NCBI GenBank assembly: GCA_964106915.2
Contig: OZ066917.1
Length of the DNA: 64,000 nucleotides
Origin: Podarcis gaigeae
Taxonomy: Eukaryota
Reading direction: 5' to 3' (one strand)
Every line of letters starts with the position of its first letter. The stretch's first letter is position 1. Shown one piece after another: positions 24,401 to 34,636 of the stretch. Made by a program: the position numbers and the translations under genes. The notes under the pieces are model-generated. The model ran no database searches. It was given only the letters and a program-made list of their open reading frames with translations, and was not told the origin of the DNA.

Positions 24401-26617
24401 TGGCTAGTTCAGACTAAAGAGGTTTCCATGAAAGCGGATGATGCTCGGCGAGTGTTCCAGGAAAAAGCGACTGAATTTATCCCTTTAGTTGAAAAAGGTA
24501 TGACTACTCCAAAAAACAAACCCTTCCGTTCCTTTAAATTTACTTAATAAAACGATGGAAATTGTATTCTTTGATACATATTTTAAGTGTCATAAAAAAC
24601 CTTTTTTTAAAGGATATAAAGCACAGTAACCATAATCTCACATTGAGAATACAATAGTCATTAGTTCTTACATCTAAAGTTGAAAATACGAGTTGATATA
24701 AGCCCTCCAGAAGTCCAAATAGGTATCTACAGAAATAATATGCATCATACATTGAGCTTGACAGGGTGCCTAATTCAAAAGCTTTTGATAAACACAGCAA
24801 AACCTAAGGGTCATAAAGTATAAATATGCCTTATATTGCTCTGTAGGAAGCCCATCTGGCCCTGGTGCTTTCCTGCTCTTCATCTTATGCATGACATTCT
24901 TAATTTCTTCCATCTGCAAAGATTTTGCAAGATTTTCCTTTTGTCGCATATCTACAGGAGAACCAACTGCAATAAGAAGTTTTGAAAATCACAGCCTATA
25001 GGAACATTTTTATCTTTATAGGAACATTATCCTTCCTGCAAAAAATGGAGTAATACTTCTGAAACTTAATTTATTTCTTTTTGTGTTTTATAGACCATAT
25101 TATGTCCACCTCTAACCAGCAAGATAATGCTCACTTTTTTTGTTTAAAACAAAAAGTCAATATTTTGCTTGGTCTTTCATGCTTTCCTAATATATTTGCT
25201 GCTGAAATTATTATGTTGGTTTAACAAATAAGGATGACAAAACCTTTAGTTGCTTTAGTGTAATGTATTGTTTTCCCCATGAAGTCATTGAATCACTTTG
25301 ATTTGCATGTTTAAATATATCTTTTGAAGAAATGCTTATATAAAGGAGTTAAGAAATGTACCAGTTGCTTTGCTAAGCCCTTCTACATAAACATTTTCTT
25401 TTTCAAAAGGTAAACCTAATATTTAAACAGGCATTATTGTTTCTCAAACATGTATTGCTGACCGGTATGTTAGTTCATATATTTAGACTTGAGGGAATGC
25501 TGTTGTATTCTCTCAAACTTTGTGGGGGTAATTGTCTTGTTTATTACTATGTTATGTATTTTTGTGTTTTATACTGTAATCTGCCCTATGATCCTTGGAT
25601 GAAGGATAGTATATAAATAATATAAAATGAATATATAAATAATTTTTTGGTAAAAATTGTGATTAGGTGGCTCAGTTTTTCTGTAGTTTCACTGAAACCT
25701 CATTCTGGATTGTTGGGGTAGTAGCGTTAGCAGAAGAAAATAGTTGGGAGTGTAGAGAGAGGTTCTGTGTAGGTTTCAGACTTCTGGTGTAACACTCGAC
25801 TTGTTTTCTGAGATACAGCTTTTTCTCTCAAGGACTGCTTCTGCTCTTACTGTGAAAAGAGTGCAATATTTTCTGTGGGCCAAATATCTGAAAATTCCTA
25901 ATGACAAAAATACTGTCTTTTTCTTAGGTCCCGTTGTTGCGCTAGAGTTCTGTGGTGACGGTTCTGTAGCAGCGTGCCAAGACATTGTTGTTAATGTCTT
26001 CAGTGGAGCAAAGGTGAGTAGCAGCACAGGTTCTAGAATTTTCTAGAACTATTGATCTCCTTTGCAAGTTACTTTAGTTACTGAAATATAGTTATTCAAA
26101 AGAGTGCTTGATTCTGAAACCAGTTTGTTTTTTAATTCAATGCTAACTTTCAAAATTAAGACTACTTTTTAACACTTTATCTCCTCCTTCATCCAAGGAG
26201 CTCGGGGCAGCATGTTTCAGCCCTTGGCAAGATGCTTAATAGAAGCATAGTGACTGGTCCAATGCGTTTGCTTAACCACAGCCTGCAGTATCCAAATTGA
26301 TAAACTGTGGTTAATGATAACTATGGCATGTTTGAAACAAGCCAACTACAAAACATGTTTCTCTCACTTTGGTATTACTGTTTTATCCAGGATTTAAGTT
26401 GGCTTTTAACTTGAATTGACTCAGTAGTAGGAGTGGCTTAACAATATGATCCAGTTTTTAAAAACTAGAATCTTGTATAAAATCATCTGGTTGAGGGCAT
26501 GTTAGTGATTTTCATTTTCATTTTAAACTACAGGTTTTTGTATCAGAGGACAAGGCATCGGCTTCCAGAGAAGTAGACAGCTTCTATAATTTTGCTGATA
26601 TGCAGATGGGAATGTGA
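15584..26617 (+). CDS. RP2: RP2 (XRP2, ARL3 GTPase-activating protein), 5 coding exons: join(15584..15718,22466..23131,24383..24497,25928..26013,26534..26617), 361 aa
   Basis: [10 protein letters not shown] dual-acylation N-terminus, TBCC/C-CAP beta-helix domain with CQQFR (arginine finger) and QPIIESS, then an NDK-like C-terminal domain. All introns are GT-AG with consistent phases; total 1086 nt. Confidence 0.97.
17354..17488. mobile_element. Palindromic hAT MITE
   Basis: TIRs CAGGCATCCCCAAACTC / GAGTTTGGGGGTGCCTG; exact 8-bp TSD CCCTAGAC; internal GGACTACAACTCCCATCATCCCT inverted repeat. Confidence 0.9.
18407..18486. repeat. Compound microsatellite (TC)n(TG)n...(CA)n
   Basis: Seen directly in the sequence. 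Confidence 0.9.
19954..20307 (-). mobile_element. Sauria SINE, full length
   Basis: Reverse complement of GGGACGCGGGTGGCGCTGTGG...AAGTAGATAAATAGGTACC...(CCTTTA)n. Confidence 0.9.
20454..20848. mobile_element. Probable hAT-type non-autonomous DNA element
   Basis: TIR-like CAGTGTTCGAAACT / AGTTTTTAACACT, with ctatcac repeated at both ends. Confidence 0.45.
20954..21308 (+). mobile_element. Sauria SINE, full length, with 14-bp TSD
   Basis: tRNA-like head with B box GGCAGTTCGAATCC and ACCTTT tail; TSD TAATATGGTGATAT at 20940-20953 and 21309-21322. Confidence 0.92.
21905..22096 (-). mobile_element. Squam3-like SINE (degenerate)
   Basis: The reverse complement starts GGGGAGGGGCTGTAATTCAGTAACAGAGCATATGCTTTGC, a tRNA-derived head. 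Confidence 0.65.
22466..23131 (+). CDS. RP2: RP2 coding exon 2 (666 nt, TBCC domain)
   Basis: Acceptor ttttctttcag|ATTGAT; [12 protein letters not shown]...ARKLIDE; donor GAG|GTAAGA. Confidence 0.97.
23494..23698 (+). mobile_element. Tc1/mariner-type MITE, family A
   Basis: TA|CAGTGGTACCT...CACTG|TA with internal TTAACCTGA repeats. Confidence 0.85.
24383..24497 (+). CDS. RP2: RP2 coding exon 3 (115 nt)
   Basis: Acceptor tag|ATGACC; [38 protein letters not shown]; donor AAG|GTATGA. Confidence 0.95.
25928..26013 (+). CDS. RP2: RP2 coding exon 4 (86 nt)
   Basis: Acceptor ttttcttag|GTCCC; [29 protein letters not shown]; donor AAG|GTGAGT. Confidence 0.95.
26534..26617 (+). CDS. RP2: RP2 coding exon 5 (last)
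   Basis: Acceptor ctacag|GTTTTT; [27 protein letters not shown]. Confidence 0.95.
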   Translation, partial: VFVSEDKASASREVDSFYNFADMQMGM

Positions 26618-28166
26618 AGTAGACATAAGCATCTTATTGACGGTTGAGATGTACTTTAGGTTTGTATAGCACTCAGTTGATAGTCGGACGCTTTGAAGAA
26701 AAACAAGAAGTTGCCTTTACAAAAAAAAAAATTAATTAAATGCATCCAACAAATAACACGCCACATATCAGATACCTTTATAAGCTCTTTAGTGCTCACC
26801 TGCTTATGCCCAATTCTTTCTTGCATATAATGTTTCAATGTTATAAGCCTGGCAGTCCGTTCAGTATGTTTGGTAGAATTTAGGAGAGAGCATGCACATT
26901 GTTTTTTGTCAAAATTAAAACTTATTTGCAACAAGGTCACTCCACAGGTACCATAATTTAAACTTTTGTAGGTGATCTGCTTTTACAGAATACAGAAAAT
27001 TTTGCTAAAGTTACACACACCTTGATTTTTCAGTGGGGATGATCTAATGTACTTCACTCACACTGAAATCAATATGGCTGACTTTGGATTGTTTCTCTTG
27101 CATGCAAGTAGCAGAGATGAGAAATTCCAGCTTAATTTTTTGTGCTAAAGTCTCAGGTTCTACACTGACTTAAAGTATATTTAGTGGCTACACTTTAAAT
27201 ACTCAATCATCGCGGAAGTGCTTGCAGAAACAGAGTTAGTATTCCTGCAGGGGACTTAGTACCTCTTGGTACTGAGAGCTGCTTTTAATTCTTGCATTAA
27301 GAGTAATTTTTCCAAATGTATTAAATTTATGAAAAGCAGGGTGAGCCTCCCTGTATAAAAATCTAAAGTGGGAGCTTGCAAATTCTGTTTTCTGGTCATC
27401 CAAATCTGCCCTGAGCTTGAGTGTTGATGACTTCACTCTGTTTTGTTTGGTGCCATCTCCAAGCACCTGTTATAATTGTTAACTTCTATCTCAAATGTTG
27501 AAGGAGGATGCATCTGCAGGACTTTGCTCTGGTTTAGAATGTCAAAATAAAGATGAAAGATTAACAAGACAATGCAATCAGGTTTACGCATTCTGAGTGC
27601 AACACGATGGCTTAGAGTACAAATCATGTCTCTTGGCTATGCTTAATCTGGAAGGTGGCATGTTAAGTACAAAGTAAGTAGGTGTACTCAAAAGATTGTA
27701 ATTATACTGAAATCTGTAGAAACCGGTGCTGTATACAAGCTGTAAAAAGAAATAATTTTCTTTTTCTTCAACTGTATAAATATGTGCTATATGGAAATAA
27801 GGGTTTTATCTGCTAGAATAGTACTATATGCTGGATAAAGACAACATAATTTTTACCTGAAGCTTTAACAGGAAATAACTTTTAAAATCAGAGGAAATGC
27901 TCTGCAATGTGTAGGGAGAGATAATTTGTCAAATCATTGAAGGTTTTTAATAACATTTCCTAATTTCTTTTTATACTGTCAAAATTGAAGGATTCTGTGC
28001 AGTTAATTTCTGGATCTTTGTGAATTATTGCGTATTCTTTATAAGGTATAACTGTTCAGTTAATTCATTGGTATCATACTACAGTAAGTGCTTTATCAGG
28101 GTTTTGTATGTTTGTTATGGCTTTTATAATGCCTTTTTTGTCTAGCACTTGTAAAATGTGATTTAT

Positions 28167-28172
28167 AATAAA
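28167..28172 (+). terminator. Likely RP2 polyadenylation signal (3' UTR about 1.55 kb)
   Basis: AATAAA at the end of an AU-rich 3' UTR with upstream TGTA elements; ATTAAA near 28204 and GT-rich sequence follow. Confidence 0.55.
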
Positions 28173-30599
28173 TATTTAAATGAAAAGCCCTGTAACTTTT
28201 TAATTAAAGATGTAGGAGTGTGTGCCATGTTCTAAACGAATCTGTTCACGGTTGTGTAACTAATTTAATTGGTCTCATTGCCGCCCTCTTGTCACTTTAT
28301 TTAGCTGAGCTTTGTCCTTTAAAATTTGACGTTATATACTTCATGTAGCAACTGATAATGAGCTGGATCCAGACAACACTGAGCCAGGACACTTTCATAA
28401 CAGGGCTTCTTACTCTCCCACTATTTCCTTTTAAAGGCCTGACAGGAAGGTCCAAACAGGGCCATCCTTAGAACGGGCAAGCCAGGTGGTCCCCCTGGGT
28501 GCCGATCAGAGGGGAACACCAAACTGAGCTCAGTGACTGCATTTTAAAAAAATGTATTATCTGCAGTGAGTTAGGACAGCAAAAAGCAAGCGTGTGTAAC
28601 CTTTTCAAGGCTCGATAACTACAAAAATGATATTATTTCAGTTAGGTTTAAAGTATGTTTCTTTTTTCAGTTTGTACTTTTTTACCTAGCACAAAGGATG
28701 TCAATGGAACATTGCTGCTTTTTTTTTTTTTTAAGGCAAGCACTTAGCACCTCAAATACTCAAATACAGCCAGGCACTTTTTACTTTGTGTGAAACTATT
28801 CAAAACTTCAGCCCAACAGCAGTATGTGTCAACCACAAAGTTTTGTGGTTGGCTAGCTAGCCATGTAGTTGGTCAGGGGTAAAGATGGCCAACAAACTTT
28901 CCAAGATCATTTGCTGTAAGGTGGAAGTTAGGGATCTACTGCATAAGTGCCTAACAGCTTACAATATGATTTCATCAGTGGAGAATTGTGGTTCATCAGT
29001 GATCAGAGCTGCATTATTCTTTTAAGGGCATTGTCCAGGTTAGGTAGCAGGCTTTACCTCAAAAAAGGTGAAGTAGACATGGGGAATCTGCAGCCCATAG
29101 GTCAGATTTGGCCTACCAGGATTCTTAATTTGGCTTGTGAGACTGTTTTGCCTCAGCTATGCTCACTGCCTCACATCTGAGGTGTTGGATGGGTAAAGGC
29201 ATAGTTCAAAGGAACACCTGGGAGCCAATTATTCCTTTTAAAGCTTCAGAGTTTGTTGCCAAATGTAAACACCACTGGGAACAGCTTCACTCAGGAGCTG
29301 CCAACTGGAGCTGATCCCTATAGACTGCAAGCTGCATCGTCAAAGGATGGCTTGAAGGAGGTTTAGACCAATTCATGTCATCACTCCATTTTTGGATGCC
29401 TTTGAATGCCAGTTTCTGGGAATCGCGTAGGGAAGGCACTGTAGCACAAAGGTTCTCGATTGTGGGCTTTCCCTAGGCATCCAGCTGGCCACTGTGAAAC
29501 ATTTTTTTCATGTGGGGATTGGAACCTAGCTCTCACCAACTATACCAATTTTTTAATTTTATTAAAAGCTGGCAGTGTGGATACCTGTGTACCTGCAGCA
29601 GTGTGTATGTACCTTGATCTGCTAATTCCATTTTTCTCAGCACCCTATTTCTTACAGATATTATGATCATACTTCTATACTTGATAGAGGCAAAGTTGAT
29701 GTTTTCTCCCTTGTTTTTTATTTGTACTACTGTGGTATTTCAGAGTTGGCATGCTGCATCAGGCTATTATTTTGTTTTGAGTAATGCCTCTCAATTTGAC
29801 CATCCCAGGTCAGTTTCATCTCCATGTGTTTGAATTTCAGTTATATGTGCTGTTTTATCAAAAATTAGCTGCAAGTTTTAGTAGTTCTCAGGCCACTTCC
29901 TCACTTCACGTTACCTTTGACCCCGTTCTTTCACGCATGGGGGAGTCTCCATTTACACAAGTGACTGAACATGATTCAGCAGCTCAAAAGCATCCATTTC
30001 CTTAATGCTTACTAGCAGAGAATGGGAGGCTTGTGAAGCTGTGGTCCTGAAAGGTGCTCTACTTCCTGCTGGGCTACTTATGCCATCAGACTGTTCTGAC
30101 TTGCATTATTATTACTAATAATAATTTATACCCCACCCATCTGGCTGGCTCTCCCCAGCCATTCTGAGCAGTGTATAGTGCATATAAAACCATAGCAAAA
30201 CGTCAAACATTAAAAACCTCCTGATACTATTCTAGCTTCCTCAGAAGTTTCACAATCTCTGCAAACTACACAATAAAAGAACTATGAAGCTGTTCTTGTT
30301 TCCATGTGCATTTTAGGATTCTGTACTATTTTAAACACTGCTGTTGCGGGCCAAAAGAGGGAATTCTTCAAAGTCCCAGGTTCTCCCCCAAGTAGCCGTG
30401 CATGAGTGTTCCCTGTCTTAAAGGGTGAGGTTGCCTTCCTCCTCGTCGTCTGCTTGGAGCATGCATTTCATCTTCCAACTTCTCTGGCGGAGGGACATAT
30501 TAAACTAGACTCGCCATAGGAATATTCCCCCTGGGTGGCTGAGCCTCGAGAGCAGCGGGCATCCTTGCTTTCATCGTAAAAAGTAAATACTCTTTTAAG

Positions 30600-31780
30600 A
30601 TGGGAGGGACGGGGGACGCGCGATGGCAGAGCGCGCTGCTGCTGCTGCTGCTGCTGCTGCAGTCCTTGGCACCTAGTCCCTCCTGAGGTTTTTGCGAATT
30701 GACAAGGGGGAGCTCGGACTGCTCAGGATCACCAAGAGGAAGAAATCTAGTAAGTCGGTGGGGGTTGCAGGTGGCGGAGCAGCAAGCAGCAGCCCCACCG
30801 GCCGAGCTCGGGTAAGGAGAGCTGGCACAGGGTGGGAGAAGGATGGGAAGGGAAGGGGAAGAGGAGGAGCTTGCGAGGCGGCGGTGGCGGCGGCAGCTCC
30901 AGCAGCAAGCAGAAGCGGCAGTGTCAATAATACAATAGGGCTCTTGTGCCGCCGCCTGGCCTGCCAAGAGGGAGACTGCAAGGGCACAGGGCCTGCTCGC
31001 CCCCAAGAGCGACACGGGGGACGGCGGGGGGCGCTCGCGGCGACAGGCTTGGCCAAGCGACATGCCGGAGCGCGGGGCTGACGGCCCGTAGCCACGGAGC
31101 GTCCAGGCCGAGGCAGGCGGGAGCGGGAAGGGGAACGGCGCCGCGGCCGAAGAGGAACCGGGGAGGGCGGTGGGGAAGAAGAGGAGGAGGAGGAGATGGA
31201 CGGCGTGAAGTAGCAGCGGCAGCCTTGGCCCCTGGGCTGGGGAGTCTCGGGGCGCGCAAACGCTGCTGGCGCCGCCCGCTCCAGAGCCACAAGGTGAGTC
31301 GTGGGGCGCAGTGCCGCCCGGGGCGCAAGGTTGCCTTGTGGGGTCGGAGAGGGGAGAGCGGCGTTTATTTTTTTTTAAAAAAAAACAGGTGGTTTCCTCT
31401 CCCGGGGAGGCTTCGGGGCGCTCGCCGGCGCGGCCTAGGGGGGCTGGGGGAGAAAGGGGAGAGAGGTGGCGGCCCGGGCTGGCCCTAGGCCGTGCGTTGT
31501 TGGGTGGCGCTTCTTCCCCAGTATTGCCCATCCCCGCCGCCGCCGCCGCGTTGCGCGCGCCCCCCTCCTCCTCCTTGGGTGCAGGCGGCGTTTGGCGCCA
31601 AGGCCTCGGGGCTCGAGTCACGTTGGCGGGGCGGGAAGGGGGCTGGGCGTGCAAGAGGTGAGCGAGGAAGAGGACCGGCGGCGGCAGCCCTAGCGCCGCC
31701 TCAGGTAGATGTTTACGCGTCGCGACACGTGGTTGTTAGCGCGTGGTTTGTGTATGTGTGGTGTCCAGCCATGTGGTTGC
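30600..31780 (+). promoter_or_regulatory. CpG island with JADE3 promoter and non-coding first exon(s)
   Basis: Very GC- and CpG-rich. Candidate donors at 30811 (CGG|GTAAGG), 31293 (AAG|GTGAGT), 31657 (GAG|GTGAGC) and, just beyond the island, 31874 (GTG|GTAAGT). The next recognisable exon is the JADE3 ATG exon at 46854. Confidence 0.75.
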
Positions 31781-32974
31781 GAATGGGCCGGACCCATAAG
31801 TTATCCTTTCTCTCCCCCCTGCAAAAAAGAGAGAAAACCCTGACTGAGTTGGGGGTGTTTTTTGTCTTCACGTGGTAAGTGATCAGAAGAATTCCGTGGT
31901 TGTGGGCGTTTTCCAGGCAGTATTTCTCCTCTGTATGTAAAGTGGAACATCCTTTGTTCTGAAAAGTTTCTCTTTATGGCCTGATCTGTTGCTGTCTCCA
32001 AACCGCACGAGCCTGTGGCAAACAGTTAGTGACCTCACACCTAATGATCTGGGGTGTGTTGCTCAGTCCAGTGCTTTTTTTCCTAGGGGGAAAAAAGTGC
32101 CGGTACTCATCATGAAGTTGTTAAAGCAAGTGCCACATTTTTTAACAACAAAAAGTACTGAGTAGATTTAAATGTTTTGGAGAAAACATGTCATAGGCTT
32201 CACGTGCATAAGGCTTTGTATACTGGTGTGGTGCCAAAAATGGCATTGCAATCCTGTGTATGTTTATTGTGGAGGAAGTCCCACTGAACATAATGCATGC
32301 ACCTTAACTGGTGGATGTAGTATTTGTAAACTTACGTCTCAGGTTTTTCTAGCTAAGCCATTGAGGTGTTGTATGCTTGATTGCCTTCTAATACTAGATG
32401 CAAATCCTGTAGTGAAGTTCATATTAACTCGTCCAGGAAACTATTCCAACAGGTGTTGAAGAGACTAGTATTTGTGTGAGCTTAACTTTGGATAAAGCAC
32501 AACTTGGGGTGGGTTGTCATCCAATCAGTTTTTGTTTTTGTTTTTTAGTTTAATAGAAATTTTAAAATGCAAAACCTATCACTCGTTGAACAAATCGTCT
32601 TTAGTCTGCTTATTTTCATCCCCTTTTAAAGTATCATCCCAGAACCAACATTTGCAAGAGTGCCTTCACAATTTAAAGTTGCCCCACTAACATGGTTGTA
32701 ATTCTGTATACACTTTGCTGAGAATAAGTCTCATCAAACTTCTCAGTAGATATGTATAGGAATGCGCTATAATTAACTAAAGGCATAGTTGATTGAGTAA
32801 AGCTTTTCATGGAGAATACAGAAGCTGGCAAATGACTTTCTGGGTTCAGTTGGCTTTTATATTATTCTTGGTCTTTATATTCCTGCTGGTAATAATTAGA
32901 TAGTACGTACAGCTCACCTAGTGGAGCAGTGTTTGCATTAATTAGCTGCTTGACCTACAGTAACATTGATCATA

Positions 32975-33340
32975 ATGCTACTCACGTTCTGGTAACCTCC
33001 TGTCTGGACTACTTCCATGCCTGCTATGTGAAGCAGCCTTTCAAAATGGTTTGGAAACTGTACTTCAGAATCCTGTCACCAAGCTGCTAACTGGGACCAG
33101 GTATTATGATTACATCTCACTTGTGTTGAAATAACTCCACTGGCTTCAGGTCTCTTTCCAAGCTCAATTCAGAATACGGGTGCTTGCTTTTATTAAAATT
33201 CTATGCAGCTTGGATGGAACCTGACATATTTCTGGACAGTCTTTCTGTACCAGTCTACTTGATCACTGAGGTTGTCATCAGAAGGCTCTTTCTGTGATGC
33301 CACCACATTCTGAGGTACGGTAGGTGGTGTTGAAAGAGGA
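32975..33340 (+). mobile_element. L2 LINE fragment (degenerate ORF2 C-terminus)
   Basis: Remnant of LVTSRLDY.N...KLQ..QN..A.LLTG coding sequence. Confidence 0.6.
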
Positions 33341-33540
33341 TGATTTAAACAGGAGAAATTCCAGCTGGGAGTGGAGATGAGATAGTAGAGCAGCTTAAAA
33401 TTTCACTTTTGCTGTAGCCTTCCATATTGTGCTCATAACTTTGTCCCATTGACATCAGTGGTTCTTAATTCCGAACAAGTGTCTTCAGGGATGCAAGTGT
33501 GGCATGCAGAGACATAAAAACACTTTGGGAAATCAATGTA

Positions 33541-33781
33541 CAGTCGTACCTTTGAAGTCGAACGGAATCTGTTCCGGCAATCCCTTCTACTTCCAAAATG
33601 TTCGAAAACCCAAGCACGGCTTCTGATTGGCTGTATGAAACTCCTACAGCCAATTGGAAGCCCCAGCGGACATTCGGCTTCCAAAAATAGTTCGCAAACC
33701 AGAACAGTCACTTCCGGGTTTGTGGTGTTCAGGAGCCAAAACATTTGGGAACTAAGCTGTTCGAAAACCAAGGTACAACTG
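33541..33781 (-). mobile_element. Tc1/mariner-type MITE, family B
   Basis: TA|CAGTCGTACCTT...AAGGTACAACTG|TA; inverted relative to the copies at 39056 and 55465. Confidence 0.8.
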
Positions 33782-34059
33782 TATTTAAATTAAATTAAAA
33801 ATCAAAACACCTTGTTTCAGCCAGCTGAAGGTTTGAGGCCTTTCTGCCCAACATCACTGGCTACAATTGAACTGGAATTTGATAATGCAGAATAGTAATA
33901 GCTTTAAAGATTCCCGTGATAAATTTTCTTTCTTGGAAAGAAAATTGGATTTTCTCCACGTGTTCTCTTCTTCACATTTGTGAAACTTACTGAATTAAAG
34001 AAGTGGAATAGGAAGAATGTCTCCAATTGGGCCTAATTTTTTTTTACAAATGATACATG

Positions 34060-34395
34060 AGGAGAAGGGCCATAGCTTAGTGGTAGAGACATCTGCTTTG
34101 AGCGCATAAGGTCCTAGGTTCAATTTCTGGCATGTCCTAGTAGGGCTGCAAAAAGGTTGCTTGTCTGAAACCTTGGAGAGCCACTGCCAGTCAGTCTAGA
34201 CAAGCCTGTCTCATTCTTATGTCCCCATATGATGTTGTATTACAGCTCCCATTTTCCCTAGCTAGCAGGGCCCAGTGTTCAGGGATGATGGGAGTTGTAG
34301 TCCAACAACATCTGGGGACCCAAGGTTGAGAAAGACTGGTATGGAGATAGTACTGAACTAGATTAACCAATGGTGTGACTCAGTGAAAGGTCTTC
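34060..34395 (+). mobile_element. Squam3-like SINE interrupted by a palindromic hAT MITE (about 34201-34338)
   Basis: SINE head ggagaagggccatagcttagtggtagag...ggttcaa; the SINE body resumes (tactgaactagat...tgactcagt) after the MITE. Confidence 0.7.
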
Positions 34396-34409
34396 TATAT
34401 TTTTCTTTA

Positions 34410-34636
34410 CAGTGGTACCTCTGGTTGCGAATGGGATCTATTTCAGAGCCCAGTTCGCAACCTGAAAGGAACGCAACCCACGCGTGGGTCGCGATTTGCC
34501 ACTTTTGTGCATGCGCGTGATGTCAATTTTTTTTACAAAATTTTTGCGCACATGCGCAAGCGGTGAAACCCGGAAGTAACCCTTCCGGGTCGCCGCCGGG
34601 CGCAACCTGAAGCAAACGTAACATGAGGTATGACTG
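34410..34636. mobile_element. Tc1/mariner-type MITE
   Basis: TA|CAGTGGTACCTC...GAGGTATGACTG|TA. Confidence 0.8.

Noticed and set aside
30500-31654. 384-aa minus-strand ORF across the JADE3 CpG island
   Set aside because: Low-complexity Pro/Ala/Ser sequence typical of CpG islands with no domain. An antisense transcript cannot be excluded, but protein coding is unsupported.
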